Shown: positions 13,131 to 26,323 of the stretch, piece by piece
Layout: every line of letters begins with the position of its first letter
How positions within the stretch are numbered: position 1 is the stretch's first letter
Program-made: the position numbers and the translations under genes
Notes under the pieces: generated by a model
The model's input: only the letters and a program-made list of their open reading frames with translations
Databases searched by the model: none
What the model was told of the DNA's origin: nothing
Assembly: GCA_038087875.1 (NCBI GenBank)
Contig: CM075982.1
Coordinates: forward strand, 38,750,001-38,814,000
Source: Malacoraja senta
Taxonomy: Eukaryota
Length of the DNA stretch: 64,000 nt
Direction of reading: 5' to 3'

Positions 13131-13513
13131 TACAGCATTTCTTGACTTTTCCCTTTATAAAGAGTCCAGGTAATTTGGGGAGCAGTAAATATTTCTACGT
13201 AAACTTCTTTCTTTTCCACTTGCCCTTGTGTGTGGATTAAATAATGTCTGCAGGCTTGCCTGGGGTCCTGTCCTTGTTTGTCACTCCGAGGCCCCTGCTG
13301 TAATGTGTGCTGTGCATGACTGCCACAGAGTAAGGGTTGTGCTCTGCAATGCTGCTGCAGTTAAGTAACCCAGAGCTCATTGTCAAAGCTTGCTCATCAG
13401 AAACCCTCCAGGTGCCAGCAACCTTTACGTCAATAGGCACCCTTCAGAACATTGCCCATGACTCCTTCAATCATGGACACTGTTCAAAATTCAGGAATGT
13501 CCAAACTAAGACC

Positions 13514-13840
13514 ACGGGTGGCACAGTGGCATGTCTAGTGGAATCACTGCATCAAATCACCAGTGATCCGGGTTCAATTCTGTCCTTGAGTGTTATATGT
13601 GTGGAGTTTGCACATATTTCCTGTGACAGTGTGGGTTTCCTTCAGGCATGCCAGTTTTTTCCAAAACACTAGCATGTTAGTAAGTTAATTGACCTCTGTA
13701 AATTGACCAGGGTGTTTAAATGATTAGTGGAAAATGGAGGAAGTTGTTGAACTATGAATCAAATCAATGGTATTGCCGTGAGATAAGTGTAAATGTGTAT
13801 TCGATGGTCAGTGCAGACTCGATAGGATGATGTGCATGAC
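13514..13840 (+). mobile_element. HE1/V-SINE-type tRNA-derived SINE (old)
   Basis: gggtggcacagtggc head, gggttcaattc B-box, V-domain gtgtggagtttgcac...gtgggttt. Confidence 0.8.
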
Positions 13841-14159
13841 ACTCTGGTCTTGATGCACACCACCTAAAGGAGAATGTGCAAGATCTGGATGCAGAGATTT
13901 TTGTGGTGAGAGTGGAAGGATGCCCTGAGAATGGAGCTTGGAGGTGGAGGAAGGGAGGGGAGAGTTGGGAACAAGCAAGGATAGTTAAGTTCCAAGATCA
14001 AGGGGTTTGGATGTATCTTGGATCTGTGAGCTCTCCCAGAAGGACACCCTAAATGGTGCTGTTTTAGATGAAACTGCTATGAGAGCACGTTGTTCTGCCA
14101 CCCCTCTTGGGACAATATGTCCTCGGAATGTAAGTGCGCAAGAGAGAATGCCGAGAAGA

Positions 14160-15770
14160 TTCACTGTCATTTAGTTTAGTTTATTATTGTCATGTGTACC
14201 GAAGTACAGTGAAAGGATTTTTAGTTGTGTGCTATCCAGTCAGCAAAATGACCTTGCATGATTACAATCAAGCTGCCCACAGTGTACACATGCATGATAA
14301 AGGGAATAACATTTAATGCCAGTAAAGTTCAATTAAAGATAGTCCAAGCATCTCCAATTAAGTAATATGGTAGTTGTTCAAGAAGGAGTAGATTCTGAAG
14401 AAGGGTTTCGGCCCGAAACGTTGCCTATTTCCTTCGCTCCATAGATGCTGCTGCACCCGCTGAGTTTCTCCAGCAATTTTGTCTACCTCCAAGTAATATG
14501 GTAGGTCAGGACCGCTCTCTCATTGGTGATATGATGGTTAGGCTGCTTGATAACAGGTGGGAAGAAACTGTCCCTGAATCTGGAGGTTTGTGTTTTCACA
14601 CCTCTGCACATCTTGCCTGATGGGAGAGGGGAGAAGAGGGAGTGACCAGGGTGAGATGAATGAATGAATGAATGAATACATTTATTGGCCAAGTATTCAC
14701 ATACAAGGAATTTGACTTGGTGCTCTGCCCGCAAGTGACAACGACATACAGTGACAGTTTGGAATGACACATAAAACATTAATAATAAAACATTATTGAT
14801 TAAACATGTGAACATATAAAATACCGGAGCAAAAGGAGGCTACAGATTTTTGGTTATTGAGTAGGGCTACTACTCGTGGAAAAAAAGCTGTTTTTATGTC
14901 TGGCTATGGCAGCTTTGACAGTCCGGAGTCGCCTTCCAGAGGGAAGTGATTCAAAGAGTTTGTGGCCAGGGTGAGAGGGGTCAGAGATGATCTTACCTGC
15001 TCGCTTCCTGGCCCTTGCAGTGTACAGTTCATCAATGGAGAGAAGGTTGCATCCAATGATCGGACGATTCGCTGCAGCCTCCGGATGTCGTGCTTGGTGG
15101 CTGAGCCAAACCAGACCATGATGGAGAAGGTGAGGACAGACTCTACGATGGCCTTATAGAATTGGACCATCATTGCCTGTGGCACATTGTGCTTCCTCAG
15201 CTGCTGCAGGAAGTATATCCTGTGTTGTGCCTTTTTGACTGTGGAGTTGACGGTAGCCCCCCATTTAAGGTCAATGGAGATGATGGTTCCCAGGAATTTA
15301 AAAGACTCCACAGATGTGACTCCATTGAGCTCCAGGTTGTTGCGATGGCACCAGGCCGCCAGCTGTGTCACTTCCTGTCTGTAGATTATGCTGGCGGCTT
15401 TGCCGAGGCAGTGTGAAGTGTAGATGGAGTCAATGGAAGGGAGGTTCGTTTACATGATGTTCTGGGCTATGTTGACAATTCTCTGCAATTGTTTGTGGTC
15501 TTGGATGGAGCTGTTCCCAAACCATGCTGTCTATGGCGCGTCTGTAGAAGTTGGTGAGAATTGTTGGGGACATCCTGTACTTCCTCAGCCTTCTAAGGAA
15601 GTAGTGGCGTTGGTATGCTTTATTGGCCATTGCTTTGACATGGCTGGCTCAGGATAAATTACTGGTGATGTTTACTCAGAATATTGAAACATTCAACCAT
15701 CTCCACTTCAGTACCGTCAAAGTGTATGTGTGCCACTTTGCTTCCTGAAGTCAATCACAAACTCCTTTGT
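14160..15770 (-). mobile_element. Nested Rex1/Babar-type LINE fragments (a second element at about 14657-15385 sits inside the first)
   Basis: ORFs 14904-15371 (VESFKFLG...KKAQHRIYFLQQLRK...IVESVLTFSIMVWFG) and 15430-15630; (GAAT)n tail at 14657-14677. Confidence 0.85.
14374..14490 (+). mobile_element. Penelope-derived hammerhead insertion with 14-bp TSD
   Basis: TSD aagtaatatggtag at 14360-14373 and 14491-14504. Core CTGAAGA A GGGT TTCG GCCC GAAA CGTT at 14395-14422. Confidence 0.82.
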
Positions 15771-16574
15771 ATTGCCTGAATTGGAGGATTTAATAATGGA
15801 GAGCAGTTTATTCACCAGGTTTGTTATGTCTGGAGTGAAGGAGTCACGGATGACCTGAGAGAGGTCCAGAAACTTGTGTAAGGCCGAGATAGGCATTCAT
15901 TTTCTTATGGACGGGCTTTCAAAAACTAGAGGGCATTGGTTTAAAATGAGTGTATGGAGTTTTAAATGGGATCGGAGACGTAAGATTTTCCCAGAGATTG
16001 TTCACGTCTGGACTCACTGTCAGAGGAGGTGATTAAGATACAATCACTATTTTTAAGAAGAATTATTCAGACATTTAAGTAGGCAAGGCATTGAAGGATA
16101 TGGTCCTAATGTGGGCAAATGATTTAATGTACACAGGCAAAAAAAAATGGCATGGACTGAGAGGACCATTTCTGAACTGTAGGACTATAATTTCCCAGAT
16201 AGAGGGTGCCGGATTGTAAATGTCATAATTCTGGAAGGCAAACCTAGTGCAAGAGAGTAGTGAGTGACACAATCAGACTGGAAGTGTTCATACTGTGTTC
16301 CACGACATTTCTTCTCCATGAATGTAATGTGAAACAAACATTGCTGCATGTCTGAATTTTAGGAGGAAGACCATTGAGATAGGCTGGAGGATAAGTATTT
16401 GCTGTTGTGTGCTTAGTGTTTGCAGCTGGTAAAACCTGTTAAAAGACACAACTTCTGGCACCGCATTGTTACATTTATCACAGACCTCCCAAGATGTTTC
16501 AATCCAATACGTGGAATTTTGTGTAAATCATACTTTCAGCACCTGCACCTTGCTTCCAGGAATGAGGTGATGTT

Positions 16575-17635
16575 TTGGTTTACTTTAGAGAAACAGTGTG
16601 TAAACAGGCTCTTTGGTCCTCCAAGTTTGTCCGACCAGCGATTACCCCGTACAATATCCTACACAACAGGGAACATTTTACAACCTTTTACAATTTTACA
16701 AGTGGAATTCTCTGCCACAGAAGGCAGTGGAGGCCAATTCACTGGATGTATTCAAGATTGAGTTCGATACATCTCTTCGGGCGAACGGAATCAAGGGATA
16801 TGGGAAGAAAGCAGGAACGGGGTACTAATTTTGGATGATCAGCTGGTTCAAGGGGCCAATTGACCTACTCCCGCACCTATTTTCTATGTTAACTCACCAA
16901 AGCCAATTAACCGACAAACCTGGCGTGACAGTATCAAGCAAGTATATTTACTTTGAAGAAGTTCTCCTCTACTAGTTTGAAGAATGGTCTTCATCACCCA
17001 TTCCTTTCTATCCAGAGATGTTGCCTGTCCCGCTGAGTTACTCCAGCATTTTGTGTCTATCTTCGGTTTAAACCAGCATATGTAGTCCCTTCCTATGCAA
17101 GTATACCAAGTTACAGGATAAGGGGCCTGTCATTTAAAACAGAAGCGCATAGAAATTTCTTTTCAAGAGGATAATGAAAATCCCTGGAATTCTCTACCCC
17201 AGAGCATCTGGAGGAAACCCACGCAGTCACCAGGAGAATGTACAAACTCCATACGGACAGCACCTGTAGTTAGGATCAAACCCAGACCTCTGGCACTGTA
17301 AAAGCCCTGTCCCACGGTACAAGTTCATTCCAAGAGTTCTCCCGAGTTTGCCCTGATTCGAACTCGGAGATTTGCAGTAATGGCCACTCGTCGGTACTCG
17401 GGGCTCTCGTGGACAGTTTTCATCATGTTGAAAAATCTTCACGAGTCTTCCCTTGCTTACCTGCCGTTAGCACTAAGAGACGTCCCCGAGCTCCGACGTA
17501 CCCACTACGTTCATTCTCCGTGCTTACCACGAGTCAGATTTTTTTTTAAACTCAGGAGAGCTCTTGGAATGAACTCGTACCATGGGACAGGGCTTTAAGG
17601 CAGCAACTCTAGCGCTGCACCACCATGTCACCCAC
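16575..17635. mobile_element. Nested cluster: V-SINE (-) interrupted by a CR1 3' end (16700-16890, +), a Penelope-derived repeat (about 16975-17097) and a MITE
   Basis: SINE pieces at 16580-16697, 16890-16922, 17205-17301 and 17599-17633 are collinear on the - strand. Confidence 0.75.
17302..17595. mobile_element. PIF/Harbinger-type MITE (294 bp)
   Basis: About 48-bp imperfect TIRs beginning AAGCCCTGTCCCA. TAA TSD at 17299-17301 and 17596-17598. Removing it restores the SINE sequence ctgTAAggcagc. Confidence 0.88.
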
Positions 17636-18084
17636 TGTACTCCTCACCACTCCTGTGATCCTCTCTTTTGATTAATCTTTAGTCTACTTCATCAATTGCT
17701 AATCACTGGGAGAGCATCACTAATCATTAGATGCAACAGATGCAAAAATATTGGTGTTTTTTTACCTTTTCAGTCTGCTCGCATAACTGTCCGTTAGCCC
17801 CACAAACATTCTATGATCCTCTCCTTCCGTTCTGAAGCCCAAACATCCTTATCAAATTTGATTTATTTAGTTTAGGTTGTTACTGCTCACTTTTTGTTCC
17901 AAACGGAATCACTTCATACTCAGTCTTGTAGAAAAATAGCATGAAACAAATCCTTCAGCCCACCAAGTCCACACATTTACACTATTCTCACATCATGTTC
18001 CCTGCATTCCCATAACTGGGCATTAGGGGAACTTTGGAATGGCCAATGTCTTCTGGATGTGGGAAGAAACTGCAGCATCCGGAT

Positions 18085-18520
18085 AAATTCAAGTTCAAGT
18101 TCAAGTTACATTTATTGTCACATGCAGCAATTGGTACAGTGAGATTTGTGTTACCATACAGCCATACAATAAAAAGAACACAATACACGATAGAGTTCAA
18201 CATGGACATCCCCACAACGTTTCCCACTGTGAGGGAAGGCAATAAAGTTCACTCATCTTCCTCTTTGTTCACCCGTGGTCGAGGCCTTTGAGCCCTCTGC
18301 AGTCGCCGCTATGGCGGCCCGATGTTCAGGCCCTCTCGCCGGGATGATGGAACTCCGACATCGGAACAGAAGAACCCGCGCAACGGCTTGGAGTTTCCGA
18401 ATCGGCCATTTCTTACCAGAGACCGCAGGTCCAGAAGTCCACAGGCCAAGCTGGACGGAGCTCCAACACTGGCGATCCCCTGCAAAGGATCCCAGGACTC
18501 CGCGATGTTAAAGCCACCCG
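18085..18520 (-). mobile_element. Non-autonomous retroposon with Rex-like 3' end and (AACTTG)n tail, inserted in a V-SINE
   Basis: ttcaagttcaagttcaagttacatttattgtcacatg terminus, GC-rich body, SINE halves on both sides. Confidence 0.6.
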
Positions 18521-19202
18521 ATAACGTTGGATCACGGAGAACATGCAAACTTCCCCGAGGGGCAGGGATGAACCGGGTCACTGGTGTTGTCAGGCAGCAA
18601 CTCTATTAGCTGCCCCACAGATGGATGTTGTTGCATGGATCAGAATTGACACTATTGGATTTCTGCACCTTGTGTCAGTCTGATATGAAGCCTTCTGTTT
18701 TTATCTCTGCACAGCTTGTGAGATTTGAGGTTTTGTTCCCGGTTCCCCCAGAGTTTTGTGTCCCAATCATTTCATCTGTTATTCAAATATTTTTTAGGTA
18801 ATGTTTAAAATGGAGAGTTTTGCTGGATTATTGAGGCTCCGATTTGTGTTATTTCTCAATGAATGTGCACAATTCTAAACCGTATCCTTCACTCGTCTCT
18901 GTATCCATCGTCTCATCTGGGTCCTGCAGCAAGAGCAGCACTTCCCAGAAATGATTCTACTTGTTTTATTGGCTCTTTGCTCTTGAAGAAATGTATTCCT
19001 TGTTAAAGTGTTAAAATGCAAAAACGACAGGGAACAACTGCATTTTGAGCATGGCCATTATTTACCAGATGGTGAGCTTTCATTGGGTCATTAAATCTCA
19101 CTGCGGATTGTAACCAAAATTAGTCCAGTTCTCACCCCTCTATTTGCCACAGTAAATTGCATGACATTCACCCCAAAGCGCTGTAGCTGCTTGCAGTTGT
19201 CG

Positions 19203-19505
19203 GCCACAGTGGGGTGGTACAGTGGGAGAGTTGATGCCCTGCAGCGCCAGAGATCCGGGTTCAATCCTGATAAAGGTGCTGTCTGCACGGAGTTTGTAGT
19301 TTTTTCCTGTGACTGCGTGGGTGTTTGTATGTTTCCCTGTGACCTGTGGATTTTCTGCGGGTGCTCTGGTTTCCTCCCACATTCCAAAGATATGTAGGTT
19401 TGTAGATTGATTGGGTTCTGTAAATTGTCCCCAGTGTGTAGAACGATTGCTGGTCAGTGTGGGTTGAAGGGCCTGTTTCCACACTATCTCTAAACGAAAC
19501 TAAAT
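19203..19505 (+). mobile_element. HE1/V-SINE
   Basis: tRNA head, V-domain, gaagggcctgtttcc...ctaaac tail. Confidence 0.88.
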
Positions 19506-20149
19506 CTTTCCCACTTGACCGCTACCTGGGGTTGTAGGCAGGATCTTACTAACCTCTTGAGGGTCACTCCCACACTGAACATAGTCTCTGATCTATTCCT
19601 GAGTTGGCTTCATGAACACACAAGCCAGTGACCAAGGTTTGTCTGCCTGCCTCAGACTATCACAGCTTGCGTTTCTTCCCATTTGGGCAGTTAATTTGTA
19701 GCAGACCTAATTTGCAACTTATAAAAGCACGACTATAACATGTGGAAACTTTGTTCATTGTCCTTCTGATCTAAGTTCAATGGAGATAATGTCTTTCAAG
19801 TGTCTTGTTTACAGTAACACTTCAGTTCTAATTCCTTTGCGCTCCACACTCCAGGCTGATGTTAAAACCCCAACATGTGGCATCCTTTATGTTTATTTCC
19901 TTTTACATTTTTATGTCTGGATGTGGAGGTCACCAAGGCTTTGACCCACAGTGGAGCTTTGTTTCTTTGCTCTACAATTTGACTTCGGTCACAAGCACCC
20001 AAGAAGAGTAGAACGTGTTTGTCTAGCTGCTGTCTATGGGTTTATCCTGATGTGGGGTTGGTTTATCTTAGTTTGATGGTTCCACCCTTCCAAAGCATGA
20101 GTTACTTCTCCAGATCTGGGATGGCACAAGGTTCCTCTGTTGGATGTGC

Positions 20150-20400
20150 CCCCAGTGGTGCTCGACCGGGCAGATGGGTGGGTTATCTATCATGTTGGAT
20201 GCTCCTTCCATTGTTGTTGGCCTTCACGTGCTCCCATTGTAGAGACTTGAGGTGCTCAGTATCTTCCTCTGTTTTATATCTCTGCTTTGAACAGTCAGTG
20301 GCCAGAGATTGCATCAAATTGCTGATGTTACATGCTTTCAAGGAGGCTTGTTTAAGGAGTTCCTTGAAACTCTTCCTTCGTCTGCCATCTGATATCCAAT
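20150..20400 (-). mobile_element. RTE-clade LINE C-terminal remnant
   Basis: ORF 20183-20455 GRRRKSFKELLKQASLKACNI...SLATDCSK resembles the RTE C-terminus (GGQRKRFKDxLKASLK...WESLAxDR). Confidence 0.6.
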
Positions 20401-21729
20401 CCTGATGGATCCAACTGCTTGTCTTTCTTGGCAAAGGTGAGCTACCTTTCATCAACCAGAGCTGGGGATGGAACTTGAAGATTTAAAACTAATAGGGAAA
20501 CATAATATCACTGAGTTAGTGTGGTCAGTACGGGATGAGACTCGCTAAGGAGATGATGGGTGCCGTTAATACTGATATACAAATGTAAATAAGAGGATTT
20601 CTTTCAGAAAATAAGAGTTTTGGTTACAGTCCAATGCCCTGTTTATCTGCCAAGTGGCAGTGGCAAGGTATAAGCAACTGTTAATTACGTCCATTTCCTT
20701 ACAACATAAGATGCGACTAATAGCACATAAAGAGTGCTGCCTATTCCATAAAGACTCTTTTTATGAAGTTTTTAGCACCTCGTTAAAGTGCAATTAACCT
20801 AACCTTCTGCACTTATCAAATCTTTCCAAAGCAAACTTTCTTGTTAAATGGCTGTAAGTACAAATATGTTTTGTGGCTGTGTTTAGCCGCCGGCTATCAA
20901 TCTCCTTTGAAGAGGTATTGTAGACCCCAAAATGGATGTTAACAGCCTGACTACAGTTACTATAATCGAGTTAATTATAATACTGGAGACACAAGAGAGA
21001 CAGAAACTGAAATCGATCAAAAAACAAACTGCTGGAGGAACTCGGGGAAGGCCGCATCTGTGGAGAGAAATGGACAGTGTGAAGAAGGGTCCTAATCCAA
21101 AACATCATTTCTCGATTTCCCTCCGCAAATGCTATCTGCAAATGTTGAGTTCCTCCAGCTTGCTGCTTTATGTTTAATTTCAATATTGTTTTCCCTTTTC
21201 TTTGGATCCAGCTGTTATTTGTAGATGTCAACTTAAAATAATGTTGAGGGTCTTCCCCAAGTATGCTTCTACCTTTAATTCTGAAATATGTGATGCTGTT
21301 CATCACATGGTGAGGCAATAAGGTTAATATCAACGCATTTGCTATTAACATTGTGGAGAGCGTCAGAGTAATTGAAGACAGAATACAGTAGGCATGATAT
21401 GCTTGGGAGGGGCAGGTGATTTTGGACCTATATTTCCCCAGTTCCACTGCTGAGGTTCCCTTTTCTGATGTGGTTCTTTTGTTACCTAAGTAATTAAAGA
21501 ATAACCACAGGGCCGTTAAAGCACCCAGGTGGGCATTTTTTTTTCTTTCTTTTTCCTCTTTTCACCTTATGGTGTCTCAGTGGAAACTGTTTACAAAGGG
21601 CGATTGTCATGCTTGAATTCCAATAAAAGACTTGCACTGTATTCAACTGCTAGTGCTCAACAGCGCAATTTGCCTGTTAGTATTCATCTTCACAGCACAG
21701 AATCTATAGCATCTTGATACCTGTTCAAT

Positions 21730-21975
21730 GCTGACCTCCAGTGCTGTCTCTGTGGAGTTTGCATGTTGACCCTCTCTCTGGATTCCTCTCATGCTAAGGT
21801 TGTGCAGGTGTGTAGGTTATTCAGCCACAATAAATTGTCCCCGGTATGTAGGTGGGTGGTAGAATCTTGGGTGAATAGAGGGGAATATAGGGGCAGTTAA
21901 ATGGGATCAGCATAAGATTAGTACTAAATGGGTGCTCAATGATCTTTACAGACTTGGTGGGGCAAGACTGCTGTA
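21730..21975 (+). mobile_element. V-SINE (old, 5' decayed)
   Basis: gtggagtttgcatgtt...aaattgtcccc. Confidence 0.7.
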
Positions 21976-22269
21976 TGAATCCATGGCTTACAGTTGTACT
22001 CTCTGCTTACAATAAAAAAGGCTGGTGTGGATTAGTAAACTGTTTCTTATTGTTTTATCTGGTCCCCGTTAAGATGGGCACCTTACCTGTTCCCTTGTGC
22101 AAAGCCAGTTGACCACTCTCCCGTGCACTACTTTGACGAATTCTTGCTGAGCCACCATATGATTAAATCTATTAAATAAATATTTTTTTAACACCTCTAA
22201 TCAATTCCTCTCCCCACATTATCAGAAGGCATTGGAAGTAATTTTTCCTATTAAATCTTTGTTGGCTCT

Positions 22270-23260
22270 TGCAATGTTTAAAAGACATTTAGATAGGTAG
22301 ATGAAGGTTTAGCGTGATATGGGGTAATTACAGCCGACTGATACCAGCTCCGATGTCTTGGTTAGGATGGACAAAGTTTGGCCAAGGAGCCTGTTTCTGT
22401 GCTGTATACCTCTTTGACATCATGATGCAGCAGTCACTGAGACCACACCTGGAATACTGTGTGCAGTTCTGGTTATCGAGCTCCAGGAATGGCATCATTT
22501 ATTTGGACAATGTGTGGAAGAGATTCACCAGGATGTTACCTGGCCTTGTAGGCTTGAGTTGTTGGAGAGGCTGGGACTTTTCTCTTTGGAGTGTAGGAGG
22601 CTGAGGGGTGTCCTTAATGAGATCCATGGATAAACTGAATGCTCGCAGTCTTTTTCCAAAGATAAACAAACTACATGGCATGGGAATAAACTGAAAGACC
22701 TCAGGAGCAACTTTTCTACTCTGAGGTTAGTCTATATCTGGAATGAACTGCCTGAGGAAGCTAGAGTAGTGGACATACAGTAAATATGACTTTTAAAAGA
22801 CATTTGGGCAGGTATATGGATACAGGTGGCTTGGTGGCACAGTGGTAGAGTTGTTACCTTATAGCGCTTGCAGTGCCAGAGACCCGAGTCCGATCCCAAC
22901 TACGGGTTCTGTCTGTACGGAGTTTGTACATTTTCCCCGTGACCGCATGGGTTTTGTCTGAGATCATGGGTTTCCTCCCACATTCCAAAGATGCACAGGT
23001 TTGTAGGTTAATTGGCTTGGAGTATGTGTAAATTATCCCTAGTGTGTGCAGGGTGGTGTTAATGTGCGGGGATTGCTGGTTGGTGCGGATTCAGTGGGAC
23101 GACGGGCCTGTTTCCTCGCTATATCTCTGAACTAAACTAAAATAATAGATTTTGGGGGGCTATGGGCCAAATGAAGGAAAATAGGACTAGCCCAGAATGC
23201 CAACTTGGTCAGCATGGACAAAGTGCTCTGTGCTGTACAGCTCCATACGACTCTGACTCT
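22270..23260 (+). mobile_element. CR1 3' fragments interrupted by a V-SINE at 22825-23142
   Basis: RPHLEYCVQFW...RFTRMLPGL. The CR1 sequence resumes after the SINE ctaaactaaa tail. Confidence 0.82.
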
Positions 23261-24075
23261 TGCAGTGCACTATCATCTTAAACACAGAATTTTCCAGTGA
23301 TATGCTTTATTATGCTGTAAGTTTACCGTTGCATTTCCTGCCAAATAACAGTGCGACACTTGCAAGCAATTTTGGCCAATTTCTCATATGTTCTCTGGAT
23401 ATGGGAGGCGGCCATTCAGCCCATTTAGTCATGCTGGCTCTGACCATTCTCATCAACTCATTCGCATACTTATCTCTCTGCAACTTCCATAAGCATCACC
23501 CAATCATACAAGGTGTCATTTACAGCAACAAATGAGCCTACCAATTAACTGCCTTGGTTGGAAATGTTAAAAGATGCTCACTAAATGCTGTCATCAATGA
23601 TTAGAGTTTGATTGCTTAATGCTCAGAGGTATAAAATTGTAGCAAAGATGTCTCCACTGGTTTGATATTGAGATGGAAATTAGGTGTTTGAAAGAACAAT
23701 AGATTAGTCAGCAATTAGTATTGACTAAAGTATGTAAGAATGGTTCAGTAAATGGCCTTATTGTGGATGTTCAGTGCACTTTTCATTAGCTCCATGATGT
23801 GTGATTCTCTTTATTTGATCAGTGACTACCCTTTATCTGTGTTTATTTGTTCTGTAAATGATTTCTCTCTCTCTCATCAAACTTCTCTATATTATCCGCA
23901 GTAGGTGAGGTTCATACGTAAGATAGATTGAACTTCTCTATTTTAAGAGACTTCAAAGGCTGCTCATGGATTCTCTCTTTGCCAGAGAAAGCTTTTGCTG
24001 CAGTAACTTGCCCAGGCTACGCAGCACCTCCCAAACCTACAACCTCAGCCAAAAGAAAGGGAAATGCAACAGAAA

Positions 24076-24360
24076 CGGCATGGTGGCACAGCGGTGGAGT
24101 TGCTGCCTTATAACGCCAGGGACCCGGGTTCGATCCTGACTGCGGGTGCTGTCTGTATGTTGTTTGAATGTTCTCCCCGTGACCACGTGGGTTTTCTCCG
24201 GGTGCTCCGGTTTCCTCCCATATTACAAAGACATACGTGTTTGTAGGTTGATTGGCTTCGATAAAATTGTAAATTGGCACTAGTGTGTAGGGTGGTGCTA
24301 GTGTACGGGGATCGCTGGTCGGCGCAGATTCGGTTGGCCAAAGGGCCTGTTCCCGTATCA
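24076..24360 (+). mobile_element. HE1/V-SINE
   Basis: A/B-box-like tggcacagcgg / gggttcgatcc; V-domain. Confidence 0.9.
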
Positions 24361-24944
24361 TTCAGCTCATTTATCTATGTACCTGCTCTCAAAACAATCT
24401 CCTTTGTATGCCTCATGTTTCATACTTTCATCATCTACTCACCCACTTCCACGAGGGGTGCCCTTTACAGCAGCCATTAACCCATCAATTTGGAATATGG
24501 GAGATAACTGGAGCATCTGGGAGAATCCTGCATGGTCACAGTGTGCATCTCAGCATTCAAGGTCAAGATTGAAGCTGGGTCATTGGAGCTGTGTAACATT
24601 AGCTCCATCTGCAGGCATCACTGGGTTGCCGGTAATGGGAAAATATTATCGACTGTTTAGTAGCTGAGCAATTTAGCAGGCAAATTTGTTTGAGGGGGAG
24701 AAGCAGCTATAGTTGTACATTCATTAAATGCTGCACCTTCTACTAATTATATTGGCTGGATTTTGCTGAGAACCACAGATCCTTTCTCATTCCACAACAG
24801 GGAGAGTGGGAAGGGCAGCAATCAACCGGTGGCTGAGAGAGTGGGGCTGCTTCGTTCCCCATCACACCCAAGCTGGAAGAACCCTAAACAGCCCCAGATG
24901 GTCTGCTGTGCCCTTCACTCCTTCTGCCCCCCTGGCTGTGGCTG

Positions 24945-25212
24945 ACCTCAGCTCAGGTTATCAGGCATCTGAACCACCCTACCACAACCAGAGAGCAATT
25001 CTGAACTACTATCTACCTCGGTAGATACTGTAGACTCGCGGTCTATCTTCGATCGGGGGCTTTACTGGCTTTCACTTTTCATGTATCTGTTCTGTACACT
25101 GTGAATGGCTCGATTGTAATCATGCATTGTCTTTCTGCTGGCTGGTTAGCACGTAACAAAGACTTTTCACTGTACCTCTGTACACGTGACGATAAGCTAA
25201 ACCGAACTGAGC
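24945..25212 (+). mobile_element. Rex1/Babar-type LINE 3' end
   Basis: cttttcactgtacc...acacgtgacgataa terminus, shared with 10370-10480, 14160-14290 (-), 35350-35700 (-) and 60065-60165. Confidence 0.7.
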
Positions 25213-25661
25213 TGAGAGGGGGAATGATGGTGAGAGGAGGGATACTGGTGAGGGTGAGAGAGTGAGTGTGGTCATGTGGGAATCCAGGTGAATAAACTCA
25301 GCAGGGATATCCAGTCACAACATTAAGATACAGACCTGTGAAAAGTGTAATTCTGTAAAAATTGCAATTTACGTGAGACCCTGCACAATGATCTGACCCT
25401 CTGGCCCAGCTGTTGTGTAGCTGGAAGCTTGCCTAGGCTGGATATATGCACTGGATTGATCTAAACCACTGAATGTGCCCCGATATCTCCATCATTCCAC
25501 ATATGTGGTGTTTTTTAATTGATCTGTTCCAATAAAAACATTTTGAGGAGTTACGCTTTTGGTTTCATGCTGACAACAGTTTTGACAGCACGCTGTAATT
25601 TGACACATAGGTGTACTCTTGTCCTTTCACTAACCTGGCTTTTACTCTTCTCCCTTTCAAG

Positions 25662-25887
25662 GTCCAATGACGATATCCCGAGGCACAGCACTGTCGGCAC
25701 TCTCCTACCAGAAGGACGGTCTGCTTGGCAGTGTGACAAACCCCAACGAGGTGTTTTGCTCAGTTCCCGGCCGACTCTCGCTCCTGAGCTCCACGTCCAA
25801 GTACAAGGTGACGGTTGCGGAGGTCCAGAGGCGCCTGTCCCCGCCCGAGTGTCTGAATGCTTCCCTTCTCGGGGGAGTCCTGCGAAG
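25662..25887 (+). CDS. TFAP2C: AP-2 gamma coding exon 4 (start of basic DNA-binding region)
   Basis: Branch point CTAAC at 25630, pyrimidine tract, aag|GT, donor AG|gtgagt. 226 nt: GPMTISRG...[46 protein letters not shown](R). Confidence 0.96.
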
Positions 25888-26017
25888 GTGAGTGGGGAAG
25901 ACTCTCTTTGGGATTAATCCCTTCTCATTTCTTGTTGCGTCGAAACACCTTAAAACGGAAGGCTGCAAGAACACCAACTGGCGGGCGCATGAATGGTGCT
26001 GCGCCATCTCAAGGGAA

Positions 26018-26323
26018 GGGCGGCACGGCGGCAGTAGAGTTGCTGTCTCACAGCGCCAGGAACAAGGATTCTATCCTGACTATGGATGCTGTCCGTATGG
26101 AGTTTGTATGTTCTCCCCGTGACCTGCCTGGGCTTTCTCCGGGTGTTCCGGTTTCCTCCCACACTCCAAAGACGTTGAGGTTTGTAGGTTAATTGGCTTA
26201 GTATAATTGTAAATTGTCCCTGGTGTGTAGGATAGTGTTAGTGTGCGGGGATCACTGGTCAGTGCGAACTCGGTGGGCCAAAGGCCTGTTTCCGTGCTGC
26301 ATCTCGATACTAAACTAAACTAA
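26018..26323 (+). mobile_element. HE1/V-SINE (full length)
   Basis: gggcggcacggcggcag head to (CTAAA)n tail; begins 130 nt into intron 4. Confidence 0.9.

Noticed and set aside
26018-26090. tRNA genes (several loci with A/B boxes)
   Set aside because: They are heads of V-SINEs, each followed by the V-domain and a LINE-like tail.
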